Source of the DNA: a virus
DNA: 64,000 bases
IMG/VR virus record: IMGVR_UViG_3300036832_000330
Span: 29,648-93,647 of that record
Direction: 5' to 3' (one strand)
Part shown: piece by piece, positions 48,328 to 57,788 of the stretch
Numbering within the stretch: position 1 is the first letter of the stretch
How the letters are laid out: every line of letters starts with the position of its first letter
Made by a program: the position numbers and the translations under genes
The notes under the pieces: generated by a model
Database searches by the model: none
What the model saw: only the letters and a program-made list of their open reading frames with translations
Told to the model about the DNA's origin: nothing

Positions 48328-48721
48328 CGGTCTTCTCCTGGGCCGGCGCGGGCTGCACTTCCCTGTGGTCAACGCTGGTGCTGGTGCCTCCGAATGTGCC
48401 GTCCTTCTGCTTGAGGAACACGGTGTACCAGATCTCCTGATGGGACCAGGGCTGGCCGGCCTCGTCACCGAAGATGGCGGTGTCCGGGTTGATGCCCTCT
48501 GTGTAGTTGAGGCGCACCCGATAGATCCGGGCGGGCCACATCGTGCGCTTACCAAATAGCTTGCGGGGCACCAGGATGATGTCGCCTTCCTGGAAGCGTT
48601 CCCAGCCTCTGAATCGCTCCTCCAGGAGAGCATCTTCGGTCACGTCCAGGCGGGCTTGAGTGGCGGTGACCTCCTCCTGGAGCCGGTCGCGCTCAGCGAT
48701 CAGTTCTTCTAGCTTGCTCAT
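48320..48721 (-). CDS. hypothetical protein
   Basis: AAGGAG RBS; coupled. Confidence 0.65.
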   Translation of the reverse strand: MSKLEELIAERDRLQEEVTATQARLDVTEDALLEERFRGWERFQEGDIILVPRKLFGKRTMWPARIYRVRLNYTEGINPDTAIFGDEAGQPWSHQEIWYTVFLKQKDGTFGGTSTSVDHREVQPAPAQEKTDV

Positions 48722-49125
48722 GATTTCTCCTTGTCGATTACTTTCCAGCCCCAGCCCACCGGCTCCCAGTCTGCGATCCAGCCCAGCAGCTTGTTGGCCT
48801 CGTTGATGGCACCGTCGGGATCGCCGGCACGGGTGCCGGGGATCTCGTAGCGCCAGCCGCTCCCCTGCGAGAGGTTGGCGACGTGCAACGACCAGTTGCG
48901 GTCCTGGCTGCGGGAGGCACTGGCGTTCTTCGGCGGTGCCAGTGTAATGGTCACATCGATCTGCTCGCCCCCATCCTTATATCCCAGGAACCGGTGTTGG
49001 TGGGTCAGATGACGGCTGTGGTGGTCATCCTGGTGCCAGGTGATCCAGTGCTGGTGCGTGCCCCGGTGGACATGCTCGCCATGCTGGCTCGCCAGGTGTG
49101 CCACGAGGGCCTGCTTGGGGGTCAT
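48718..49125 (-). CDS. His-rich hypothetical protein
   Basis: Coupled; HLASQH..H..H. Confidence 0.6.
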   Translation of the reverse strand: MTPKQALVAHLASQHGEHVHRGTHQHWITWHQDDHHSRHLTHQHRFLGYKDGGEQIDVTITLAPPKNASASRSQDRNWSLHVANLSQGSGWRYEIPGTRAGDPDGAINEANKLLGWIADWEPVGWGWKVIDKEKS

Positions 49126-49625
49126 GACTCTTCCAGGGGGTGGCTGTCGAGGTACTCCTGCACCAGGGCGTCGTACTCAGCCTGGTGGCGCAGCACGAGG
49201 TTGTCAGCGGCGCTCTGCTTGGCAGCCGCCACGCGCAGGCGAGCGTTCTGCTTGCGCTCCTGCTCATCCCAGCGAGCATGGCGCTCAGCCATGATCTGGC
49301 GGTCGATCTCCTTCCAGATGGCGGCGACCTCAGGGATGGCCTTGTAGTGGGGCCGGCGGTAGGAGGTCTTGCTGGTCTCAGTGACGGTCAGCAGGCCCCG
49401 CTTGACCAGGGAGTCGCCCAGCTTGATCTGCGTGGAGTGGTTGCTCCAGATCCAGCCTGAGGAGCCTTCGGACCAGCCGCCATGCGCGCACATGCTCTCC
49501 AGGTATGACCACTGGTCATCGCCCATGCGGGCCAGCTTGATGAGCGGACTCATGTCGTCAGCGAGCTTGGCGACCTTGTCCTGGAAGATGATGTGCCGGT
49601 CCATCACTGGGTCACCGGCACGCAC
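49122..49625 (-). CDS. hypothetical protein
   Basis: Codon bias; wHTH-like SLVKRGLL; start uncertain. Confidence 0.6.
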   Translation of the reverse strand: MRAGDPVMDRHIIFQDKVAKLADDMSPLIKLARMGDDQWSYLESMCAHGGWSEGSSGWIWSNHSTQIKLGDSLVKRGLLTVTETSKTSYRRPHYKAIPEVAAIWKEIDRQIMAERHARWDEQERKQNARLRVAAAKQSAADNLVLRHQAEYDALVQEYLDSHPLEES

Positions 49626-49870
49626 TTCCAGCCGAAGCTGGCCCAGCGGGCGGGGGTAGGGCCGGTCAGGCCACGCATGCGGACCTGGCGGGTGCTGGCG
49701 AAGGTTGTGATGCCCATGAGGCCGGCATCGGTCTGAGTAGCGGGCCAGCAGTGGTCGTAGCGCAACATGTCGGTGGGGAAATCCCCCTTGCCCTCGACAT
49801 CGAAGGTGATGGCGGTCTGGGCTGCCTCTACGAGCTTGTCTCGCTGGCGCTGTGTCAGTTTGGTGGGCAT
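49604..49870 (-). CDS. conserved hypothetical phage protein
   Basis: F.V.G.G.FP.DMLRYD.CWP...PT..RW.SFGW; AAAGGA RBS. Confidence 0.7.
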   Translation of the reverse strand: MPTKLTQRQRDKLVEAAQTAITFDVEGKGDFPTDMLRYDHCWPATQTDAGLMGITTFASTRQVRMRGLTGPTPARWASFGWKCVPVTQ

Positions 49871-49913
49871 TTCGGTTTCCTTTGGGTTGTCGGTTGCTGT
49901 GGTAGCTGGGTAA

Positions 49914-49941
49914 ACCTTACCACACTCGCATGCGAGTGTGG
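49914..49941 (-). promoter_or_regulatory. early promoter with a 22-bp perfect palindrome
   Basis: CCACACTCGCATGCGAGTGTGG (49920-49941) abutting a TAAGGT -10. Confidence 0.6.
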
Positions 49942-49957
49942 CGTCAGGTATGCGGAT

Positions 49958-50308
49958 TTATTTGTACTCGGGATGCTCGGCCAGGAACAGCTTCCTGGCC
50001 TCCTTGTTGATGTCGAGGTGATGGATGAGCAGTGGGGGGGAATCTGCCACACCCAACTGGGTGCCCTGCACGAACACATCGAAGTAGGGGTGCTTGCCCT
50101 TGTCGTTGGGGAAGACCCGGTAGGTGACATGGGTGACTCGGGCCTTGATGTCCTTGCCCGTGATCTCCTTGCCCCCCTGGAACATCCTGTACCGTTGCTG
50201 GGACAGGGAGTTGGGCATGGTGGGATCGAGTCGGCCCTCCACGATGGGGCCGTCCTTGATCCTGTACTCGTACTCGCAGAAGAGGCGGGGTTTGGGTGCG
50301 AGCTTCAT
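49958..50308 (-). CDS. hypothetical protein
   Basis: GGAGG RBS; coupled. Confidence 0.6.
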   Translation of the reverse strand: MKLAPKPRLFCEYEYRIKDGPIVEGRLDPTMPNSLSQQRYRMFQGGKEITGKDIKARVTHVTYRVFPNDKGKHPYFDVFVQGTQLGVADSPPLLIHHLDINKEARKLFLAEHPEYK

Positions 50309-50553
50309 GCCTCCAGCCCCTTCAGTTCCTTGTCGTAGGCAGCCTTCAGCTTCTCCTCCACATCCTGGAGGCGTCGCATGACATGCTCATGCTCCAGGAT
50401 CTTGTCGGTGCTGCGCTGGTTGGTGCCCTTGCATCGGTCCAGGGCCTTGGCGTGCTGCTCGTGAGCAGCCACGATGGCGTGGCGTAGTCGCCAGTAGTCG
50501 TCGTTGCTGAGTGTGACGGTGACGTTCATGTAGTCGGGGTCGTTGGTGGGCAT
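50305..50553 (-). CDS. hypothetical coiled-coil protein
   Basis: AAGGA RBS; coupled. Confidence 0.6.
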   Translation of the reverse strand: MPTNDPDYMNVTVTLSNDDYWRLRHAIVAAHEQHAKALDRCKGTNQRSTDKILEHEHVMRRLQDVEEKLKAAYDKELKGLEA

Positions 50554-50816
50554 CAGCCCTGTCCTTTCTCTTGGTTGACTCGGTTGGTGTACTCGGTGAT
50601 GATGGCGTCCTCTTTGAGGGCCTGGTCTCCTGCCGGGGTGGTGACATAGACGGTGCGGTTGCGGCCCCAGTAGCGGACGTAGCGCCCGTCAGAGCGGATC
50701 AGGCCCCGCTTTTCCAGGGACTCCAGCACCTCCCGGCGTGAGTGCGCCGCCGCCCTCACAGGCTCGACAGAGACCCACTGGAGAACCCACCGCTGGGTGC
50801 TGCCCAGGGGGCGCAT
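50553..50816 (-). CDS. small winged-helix-like protein
   Basis: LESLEKRGLI...TPAG; TAATG coupling. Confidence 0.55.
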   Translation of the reverse strand: MRPLGSTQRWVLQWVSVEPVRAAAHSRREVLESLEKRGLIRSDGRYVRYWGRNRTVYVTTPAGDQALKEDAIITEYTNRVNQEKGQG

Positions 50817-51883
50817 TACTCGCCCCCCTCTTCGCTCTTGTCGAACGTGACGCCCAGGATGTGGTCGACGGCCTTCTGCGCCTGGGACGCAGCCCTGATG
50901 ATCAGGTTCTTGTCCTGGCGCAGGGCCTTGAGCCAATGGGCGATGTAGGCGGCGCTGTTGTCGAGGACGGCGTCCTGCTTGATGCCGGCGATGGCGGTGA
51001 GGAAGCTGGCCCCCAGTTCGGCCACCAGTTCCTCAAACGAGTACACGGGTGAGCCGAATGGGCCGAAGGTGCCCTGGGCGATGCCCTCACGCTTGAGCCT
51101 GGAGTCATGCCCGCTGGAGTGCGTCAACTCGTGGTACAGCGTCGAGAAGTAGCCCTCCGCGGTGCTGAAGTCCTCAAAGCGAGGCATTTGCACATGGTCA
51201 GTGGCCGGCGTGTAGCAGGCCCGGTCCCCGCCATGGGCCAGCGAGGGGCCATTGGCGAGGTACTCAGCGACCAGTTCCTCAGCATCAGCGAGGGTCTCCT
51301 TGGCCTCACGTACTGGTGCAGTAGGCACGCCCTTGCTGCCCTCAGGGAAGTTGCACTGGTCCGCGTTGAACACATGCCAGATGACGGGGAAGCCACTGCG
51401 CTTGAACAGCGGGCTGCCGTCCTTCTTCAGCACCGGCTTGCCGTCCTCCAGGACCGGGCGGTCAGAGAAGATCCAGCGAATGATCTCGGTGGACTTCTCG
51501 CCAGCCCGCACACCTCGTGGTGTCGGGTCGACGGTGCCGTCCTCCAGCTTGGGCGAGAAGTACTTGACGCGGTCGCTGCCGTCGCGGTTCTTGCCGACGA
51601 CGGTGGCGACCATGCCGGCGCGCTCAGCCATCTGGTTGTAGGTGCCGAAGTACTTGGAAGTCCATCCGTTGTCGACCATGGCGATCCAGAGGCGGATGGT
51701 GTTGGAGCCGCGGTAGATCAGGCCGGTAGCCAGCGAGGTGGGCATGTCGCCGCCCTCACAGTGCCAGTCCTTGTGCCAGGGCACCGTGCCAGCCTCCAGG
51801 CGGGCGATGATGGCGTTGGTTTGCTCCTGGGCGGCGTCGCGGGTGTTGGTGCGGTTCTTCTTCGATGTGGTAGCTCGTGCCAT
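50816..51883 (-). CDS. ardC: ArdC-like antirestriction protein (ssDNA-binding domain plus metallopeptidase)
   Basis: IIARLEAGTVPWHKDW, YRGSN, TYNQ, VRAGEKS, VFNADQ, Y.PATDHVQMP, HELTH, YSFEELVAELGA. Confidence 0.9.
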   Translation of the reverse strand: MARATTSKKNRTNTRDAAQEQTNAIIARLEAGTVPWHKDWHCEGGDMPTSLATGLIYRGSNTIRLWIAMVDNGWTSKYFGTYNQMAERAGMVATVVGKNRDGSDRVKYFSPKLEDGTVDPTPRGVRAGEKSTEIIRWIFSDRPVLEDGKPVLKKDGSPLFKRSGFPVIWHVFNADQCNFPEGSKGVPTAPVREAKETLADAEELVAEYLANGPSLAHGGDRACYTPATDHVQMPRFEDFSTAEGYFSTLYHELTHSSGHDSRLKREGIAQGTFGPFGSPVYSFEELVAELGASFLTAIAGIKQDAVLDNSAAYIAHWLKALRQDKNLIIRAASQAQKAVDHILGVTFDKSEEGGE

Positions 51884-51919
51884 GTGTCTAATATACCAGA
51901 GCGAGCAGTCGCATGCAGG

Positions 51920-52117
51920 TCACTTGCGCCTATTTCTTTGCCGGCCCTTGGAGTTCAGCCCTCCACGGTTGCCGACGTGGTAGCAGTCACAGAAGCCACA
52001 CCGAAAGGCGTAGGTGTTGGCCCCCTTGTGCCGCAGCCCGGACGCGGCAGCAACAGCAGCCCGCCTGGTGGCGTACTGCTGCTTGCCGGTGACGCAGTCA
52101 CTGCCCTCCGTTGCCAC
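51920..52117 (-). CDS. small Zn-ribbon protein
   Basis: C.TGK..Y.TR..A...AFRCGFCDCYHVG. Confidence 0.6.
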   Translation of the reverse strand: MATEGSDCVTGKQQYATRRAAVAAASGLRHKGANTYAFRCGFCDCYHVGNRGGLNSKGRQRNRRK

Positions 52118-52743
52118 TAGAAAGGCTCCTCGTCCTCCTGGTTCTCCTGGTAGGCCACCAGGGCATCCCAGGCAGCCCGCTGGGCCTGCTCCTGGGTGAA
52201 GCTGGTCCCCTGGGCCACCTTGACCTCGTCGCCCGTCTGAGGGTTCACACGCCACACCTCCCAGGCCCATGTCGTACCGATGTAGCCAGTGACGTACAGC
52301 CAGAAGTTCTCGGACCACACATCATCGACTGGGGCACCCTTGCTCTCACTGCTCTCCTCAGGCCAGGGGATCCAGTCCAGGCCCCGGTACTGCTCTTCGT
52401 TGGCCTGCGTAGCCTCGTAGGCCAGGTAGTTGGCCGCACCCATGAGGATGTTGCCGCGATCCTTGTCGCCGCTCTCCTGCTCCTGCTTGGCCTTCGCGAC
52501 CAGGCCCTGGCGCACCTGGGGAGTGTGGGGCAGAGGTGCCAGCACCAGGGCAATGGCAGCCTCCTCCAGGGCACGGTAGGCGTGGTCTGCGAAGCAGTGC
52601 ATGACGTAGCTGAAGTTGCCGGTGACGCGCTCAGTCTTGCCACACACGCATGTGCAGATGTAGCTGCTGGAGTTCTCCACCTCCCCGACGTGCCAGCGGT
52701 GGGCACCGATGTAGCCGGTGTCGAAGGGTCCGGTGGTGGTCAC
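52117..52743 (-). CDS. hypothetical protein
   Basis: Coupled; codon bias. Confidence 0.6.
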   Translation of the reverse strand: MTTTGPFDTGYIGAHRWHVGEVENSSSYICTCVCGKTERVTGNFSYVMHCFADHAYRALEEAAIALVLAPLPHTPQVRQGLVAKAKQEQESGDKDRGNILMGAANYLAYEATQANEEQYRGLDWIPWPEESSESKGAPVDDVWSENFWLYVTGYIGTTWAWEVWRVNPQTGDEVKVAQGTSFTQEQAQRAAWDALVAYQENQEDEEPF

Positions 52744-53036
52744 TGCTGCTCCACCAACTGCTCGGTGATGGCAGCCTTCTTGGCCTCAGCCGCCTCCTGG
52801 CGACGGTTCCGGGAGGTCTTGATGCTCTCCCAGGTAGCCATGTCGAGGATCTCCTTCGCCAACTCGACGGCCTCCTCGACGTTGTCGAGTTCGACATGGT
52901 CGTAGCTGGTCTCAGCCTTCTGCCACTCCTTGCCGCGCCCGGTGACGAAGCCTTTGGTGGTGACCTTCTGAAGCTGGACGGTGCCATCCTCCTGGAGGTA
53001 GACATTCCAGCGCACTTCGGTGTAGGGGGTCTTCAT
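52740..53036 (-). CDS. hypothetical protein
   Basis: AAAGGA RBS. Confidence 0.65.
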   Translation of the reverse strand: MKTPYTEVRWNVYLQEDGTVQLQKVTTKGFVTGRGKEWQKAETSYDHVELDNVEEAVELAKEILDMATWESIKTSRNRRQEAAEAKKAAITEQLVEQQ

Positions 53037-53073
53037 GGTGTGGTAGTTCCTTTGTTAGCTGTGTGGGGTGTTC

Positions 53074-53102
53074 GACTGCTCACTCTACCAGAGTGAGCAG
53101 TC
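53074..53102 (-). promoter_or_regulatory. early promoter inside a 13-bp inverted repeat
   Basis: GACTGCTCACTCT-acc-AGAGTGAGCAGTC containing TGGTAGAGT (-). Confidence 0.6.
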
Positions 53103-53115
53103 ATATGTGGGTCGG

Positions 53116-53496
53116 TCAGGAGATTTCTTCAGGCTTGACCTCCTTGCCTCCGCAGTCGACACAGGTGTCGTTCTCCCAGTACTTACAGCCGCACCAGCAT
53201 CGGTCCAGGCCCTCACGCCGCTCCCAGTTGCCCAGGCGATCAGCGACCTTGCGCTGCTTGTTCGTGGGCGTGATGATGGGCGTATGGGTGCCGCCGATGA
53301 GCGCCAGCTTGTACTTGGTGGCACCGAGATCCCGGAACTTGGTGATGCGCCGGATGACGTATACCTTGGCGGCGGGGAAGGGGCCGATGTACTCGGTGCG
53401 AAGGATGTGGTCCCCCTCCCTCAGGTCACGAGGGAGGGTCCAGCGAAACTCGGGCAGGTCGTCAGGGTCGTAGGTAGTGATCCAGATATCGCTCAT
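53116..53496 (-). CDS. hypothetical protein with C-terminal Cys cluster
   Basis: DRCWCGCKYWENDTCVDCG; AAGGAGG RBS. Confidence 0.65.
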   Translation of the reverse strand: MSDIWITTYDPDDLPEFRWTLPRDLREGDHILRTEYIGPFPAAKVYVIRRITKFRDLGATKYKLALIGGTHTPIITPTNKQRKVADRLGNWERREGLDRCWCGCKYWENDTCVDCGGKEVKPEEIS

Positions 53497-53831
53497 CAGT
53501 CCTCCTTGGTGCCCTGGTCACCGACCAGGACAGCGATGAGGTTGGCGCTGTTCCACTTGTGGGAGGTGGTGCCAGTTTCGGGCAGCGCCCAACGCTTGCC
53601 GTTGCTCATGCCGAACACGCCGGCAGTGGCGTCCTGGTCAGCGACGAAGCTATGGATGTCCACGCTCAGGTGGTCACCCAGGCCAATGGGGTTGACGATG
53701 ACGGTCTTGTCACCGTGGCGGATGATGATGAACGGGGAAGGCTCGTTGCCGCCCTCCACGTTGATCTCGGTCACGGGGTGCGACCCGTCATCGTTGTAGT
53801 CGGACAGGAACTCTTGCAGGTTTTTGGGCAT
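53496..53831 (-). CDS. hypothetical protein
   Basis: TATACT promoter and AAGGAG RBS. Confidence 0.65.
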   Translation of the reverse strand: MPKNLQEFLSDYNDDGSHPVTEINVEGGNEPSPFIIIRHGDKTVIVNPIGLGDHLSVDIHSFVADQDATAGVFGMSNGKRWALPETGTTSHKWNSANLIAVLVGDQGTKED

Positions 53832-53882
53832 GGTGTCGGTTCTCCTTTGTGGTAGGGGTTGAGTATATCAGAGCGAGCGAGT

Positions 53883-54731
53883 CTATGCGGGCAGTAGCTG
53901 GCGCTCGGCGGCGGCGATGATCTCAGCGATGGACAGAGCCACGGTGAAACGCTTGCCCACCTTGTCCTCGACGGCCCGGTACTCCTGGGCCAGCGAGGGG
54001 TTGTGCTTGGCGGCGATGATCAGGTCAGGCTTGCTGGCGAGGACGCAGAAGCAGCAGGACAGGCGAGACATGCCCTTGTCGTAGGCATCGTGGTAGCGGA
54101 CACCTGACGCATGGATGCGGTCCCAGACCTGCTCCTCACTCCAATCGAAGATGGGGAGCCAGCGATCCACGTCACGCTTGCCGTTGCACGCCTTGGGATC
54201 CTTCTCCCAGGCGGCTTTCTTGGCCCGTGCCGGCGACTCCTGCGCCCGGATGCCCAGGCAGTTCAGGATGCGCGCCTGGCGCTTGGCGTAGGTGCCGTCA
54301 GCGTTGCGGATCCAGCCCGCCTTGTTGCGGATCTCATCGGTCAGCGAGGTGATGAGCTTCAGCACCTGGGCCGTCTTCTGATCAGAGGTACACCAGCGAG
54401 CGGCGCTGGAGGGCCAGGGAGCGATGTCGCGACCCTTGGCGATGTTGGCCTCGTGGCGCTGCTCCACCTGGGTCAGCAGGTCACCCTTCTCACGAGTGAC
54501 CACCTCAAAGCGCAGCCCGTAGTGGGCAGCCTGCTCAGCGGCGAGTTCAGCGGTGCCTTCCCACTCCACGCGGCCCAGGTCGCAGTGAACGACCACCAGG
54601 CGGGAGCGAGCGACGCCCTGGGCATCAGCGAGTTCCACGAGGTAATCGAGCATGGCCTGCGAGTCCTTGCCCGCGCTGGAGTTGACCAACACCCAGTCGT
54701 AGCGCCCCAGGTCGGGGATGTCATGTGCCAT
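53883..54731 (-). CDS. PAPS-reductase-family (PP-loop) protein
   Basis: SSAGKDSQA, HCDLG.VEW, RWCTSDQK, GIRAQESPARA, PIFDW, Y..G.SRLSCCFC; start at MAHD. Confidence 0.88.
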   Translation of the reverse strand: MAHDIPDLGRYDWVLVNSSAGKDSQAMLDYLVELADAQGVARSRLVVVHCDLGRVEWEGTAELAAEQAAHYGLRFEVVTREKGDLLTQVEQRHEANIAKGRDIAPWPSSAARWCTSDQKTAQVLKLITSLTDEIRNKAGWIRNADGTYAKRQARILNCLGIRAQESPARAKKAAWEKDPKACNGKRDVDRWLPIFDWSEEQVWDRIHASGVRYHDAYDKGMSRLSCCFCVLASKPDLIIAAKHNPSLAQEYRAVEDKVGKRFTVALSIAEIIAAAERQLLPA

Positions 54732-55131
54732 GGGGACAAGGTACAGGCCAGCCGCATGCAAGTGGGATCACTCGCATGTGTCATCCGTCACATCAACATG
54801 CTCACAGTCGCATGCTGACCCCCTCTCAAATGCCCTGAGAGGCCCCTGTACGCCTCCCTGAGGCCCGCCACCCCCTCCAGGCACCAACCACCCATTGCTG
54901 AGGCTTACAGGGCCTCCTGGAGGATTCCCACAGGGTGTGGATAAGCCGAGAAACCCTTATGGGGCAAGGGCCAATGGCCCGCTTGGCAGGTACATAAACC
55001 TGCTCACACTCACATGCCTACCCGATGCATTCCATGTACTGGCTCACGCTGGCCCACGCTCAGGGAAAGAAATCTGGAGAAATGTGCCTGCCTGCACCTG
55101 CTCGCTCTCACATGTGCTGTATCTTGTCCCC
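54732..55131. promoter_or_regulatory. divergent early control region
   Basis: Near-identical inverted leaderless starts CTGTA(C/T)CTTGTCCCCATG at each end; many (C/T)CRCATG motifs. Confidence 0.65.
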
Positions 55132-55719
55132 ATGCCCAAGAACGCAAACCCCATCACCCCTGAACTGGAGGCCCTGGCCCTGAGTGTGGTCGCCTCCCTC
55201 GATGGCCCGCCCGCTGGCTTCGTGCCGGCAGTCGCAGGCCAGGTCACAGTCGGCCAAGTGGTCTCCTGCTGGGGCCACAACAAGCAGCGCGTGGGTGTGG
55301 TCACTGAGGTGACCAAGACCCGTGTGCATGTCCTCTTCACCACCCCTGGTGCCATCAAGGAGGCCCAGGACAGTGTGGTCCGCACCATGGCCCGCCCCAC
55401 CGACCTGGCAAGCCACATCGCTGAGGCCCGTCCCACCTCCACCAGCAACTACCTGTACTGCCTGGGTGAGGCCCGTGCCGAGACCGCCAAGTACGGCAAG
55501 CACTTCGATGGCACCCCCGACACCGAGCATCTGGTCGACGCCGCTGACCGCCTGACCGAGTGGGAAGAGGAGGGCTTTGAGGCTCGCCTGACCGCCCAGG
55601 CTGAGGTCGCCCTGGCTGACGTGCTTCGCCGCCGGGAGATCCCCTGGCAGGACCGGGTGGGCTACACCCACTCCTGGAAGAAGGTCTCCGACGTGCTGGT
55701 GGAGGGGGTGGTCGCCTGA
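55132..55719 (+). CDS. hypothetical protein
   Basis: TATCTT-N6-ATG start; codon bias. Confidence 0.65.
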   Translation: MPKNANPITPELEALALSVVASLDGPPAGFVPAVAGQVTVGQVVSCWGHNKQRVGVVTEVTKTRVHVLFTTPGAIKEAQDSVVRTMARPTDLASHIAEARPTSTSNYLYCLGEARAETAKYGKHFDGTPDTEHLVDAADRLTEWEEEGFEARLTAQAEVALADVLRRREIPWQDRVGYTHSWKKVSDVLVEGVVA

Positions 55720-55814
55720 CATTCTCCCGGCTCCGCATGCATGTGACCCCCCATGCATGCGGAGCATGCTGTAAGATGGCCCCGCTACCACGCAGACCGC
55801 CCAGGAGGCACCCG

Positions 55815-56135
55815 ATGTTCCCCAACTCCCCCACCACCTACAAGCTGCCCTTCGATGACACCGTTCGCGTTGGCTCCAAGTGCCGGTTCGTCCTGGTCCG
55901 CATCCCCAACCTGGGGGACGCCCCGAAGGCTGAGATCCTTCGCCGGTCTGACAACCTCGCCACCCTGGAGAGGATCTACGACCCGGCCACCGACTACATC
56001 ATCGACCAGGCTCGTGGCTTCGTGACCTATCACTTCAATGGCAAGCAGGAGACCTACGACGGTATCGAGGGCAAGCACCTTTATGGCCCTGGTCCCAGCA
56101 TCGTGGCTGGCAAGCCTCCGGTGGGGTGGGTGTGA
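55815..56135 (+). CDS. hypothetical protein
   Basis: AGGAGG RBS; upstream TAAGAT and a 13-bp inverted repeat at 55731-55764. Confidence 0.65.
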   Translation: MFPNSPTTYKLPFDDTVRVGSKCRFVLVRIPNLGDAPKAEILRRSDNLATLERIYDPATDYIIDQARGFVTYHFNGKQETYDGIEGKHLYGPGPSIVAGKPPVGWV

Positions 56136-56277
56136 TGAGCAAGCCTCGCAAGGCCCAGGCCCCCAGGCCGGCACGCCCCCGCGGCATGAATCCCCTCACC
56201 TGGGATCGCGCCTCGACCGTGCCCGACAAGAGGAAGCAGGCCAGCAAGCGCGCCTGCCGGGGCCGGGTGACTGACCG

Positions 56278-56550
56278 ATGAGAACCAGGGACTTCCCCAG
56301 TTACGCCATGTACTCCGACCAGGGTGACATCGCCGTGCATCGCATGGTGACCTGCATCGTCACCGACATCGGCATGGGACGCTGCCGGCGCGTCGAGCTT
56401 GAGGGCCGGATCAAGCAGGGCTGCATCTGGGTGGCTGAGACCGGCCACCAGGAGGTCTACGACACCGAGCCGCAGGGTGACATCGAGGATGCCATCAACC
56501 GTGCCTGCCTGGAACAGGGCTGGCAGAGGGTCTCCAGGTGGGACTGGTGA
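56278..56550 (+). CDS. hypothetical protein
   Basis: YAMYSD.GD.AV..H.EVYDTE; codon bias. Confidence 0.6.
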   Translation: MRTRDFPSYAMYSDQGDIAVHRMVTCIVTDIGMGRCRRVELEGRIKQGCIWVAETGHQEVYDTEPQGDIEDAINRACLEQGWQRVSRWDW

Positions 56551-56807
56551 GCCGCCCCGTCGACCCCCAGGCCCTCAACCTGGCCTGGTCCCGCTGGCTG
56601 GCTGAGCAGAACGAGCCTGAGGAGGAGGCTGAGGTGGTGGATCTTCGTGAATCCGCCTAGGGGTGACTGGCATACGGGTGCGAGCAGTGGTATGTTCGCA
56701 CCCGTGACCCCGTTGGGACTCCGAGACCAGGGCTGCCCTGAAATATCCCGCCAAGAAATCTCGCCCCTGATCCCACATGTGTCTGCTCGTTCCCCTATAC
56801 TGGCCCC

Positions 56808-57788
56808 ATGGCACATGACATGACCCCCGAAGAGCAGTACGAACTGGTGTATGGGAGCATCCTCGACGTTGCCGGCAACTGTGACGGCGCGGTTGACCGG
56901 GACGGTGTGGGCTTCAACGGTGTGGACACCAAGTTCGGTCGCCGCATTGCCTCCGTTCCCCGCAGCCAGTGGACCCCCGATGTGATGCTGGAAGCCTGCA
57001 AGATCATTCTCAAGTACCGGGATCAGGTGCTAGCTCGCACTGGTGTCGACGTGGGGACACTCAGTGTCGTCCGGGAGGCCCAGGACAATGGCACCAACTA
57101 CGCTGCTCGCAACCAGGCCCGCACCTATGAGAAGAGGGCCAAGCACCTGGCTGCCCGCCAGATCGGTGTGGTCCGCAACCAGAAGGGCCAGAGGGTGCTG
57201 GGCATCCGCTGGGCCAACGGTGACCCTGACTTCGACTCCTTCCTGAAGCTGGTCCGCGACCTGCCTGGTCGCACCTGGAACGGGGAGACCAAGACCAACG
57301 AGGTGCCCTACAGCCCCCAGGTGGAGACCTTCATCGAGGAGTGGGACTTCACGGTCACTGAGGCTGGGCAAGCCTTCATCCAGGCTGCTCTCACCGTCGC
57401 CCCTGTGGCCCCTGCCCCCCAGGTCAGCTATGAGATCACCCTGGGTGTTGATGGTCGGGTGGTCATCAAGACCAACCTGACCGCTCCTGGGCAGCCCGCT
57501 GCCGACGCGGTCCGCTCCCTGCCGGGTCGCTCCTTCAACCGCTCGCTGTACGCCAACACCGCCAACGCCCACCCCCAGGTGCTGGCTTTCGCTCGCACCT
57601 TCAACCTCAATGTCCACCCCGACGCGGTGAGGGCCTGTGAGGCCGCAGGAGCCGCCCTACAGGCTGCTGACGCCTCTGGCCTGGCTCAGACCGACATCGA
57701 CATGGTGATGAACACCGTGAGCCGCTGCAACGGTCCTGAGGAACTCCCCGCCGTCTTCGTGATGATGCTGAAGGAGATCCTGCCATGA
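56808..57788 (+). CDS. HARP-like repeat protein (resembles a detached SNF2 N-terminus)
   Basis: CDGA...DGVGFN..D..FG; two VR.LPGR.(W/F)N repeats; TATACT-N6-ATG start. Confidence 0.6.
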   Translation: MAHDMTPEEQYELVYGSILDVAGNCDGAVDRDGVGFNGVDTKFGRRIASVPRSQWTPDVMLEACKIILKYRDQVLARTGVDVGTLSVVREAQDNGTNYAARNQARTYEKRAKHLAARQIGVVRNQKGQRVLGIRWANGDPDFDSFLKLVRDLPGRTWNGETKTNEVPYSPQVETFIEEWDFTVTEAGQAFIQAALTVAPVAPAPQVSYEITLGVDGRVVIKTNLTAPGQPAADAVRSLPGRSFNRSLYANTANAHPQVLAFARTFNLNVHPDAVRACEAAGAALQAADASGLAQTDIDMVMNTVSRCNGPEELPAVFVMMLKEILP

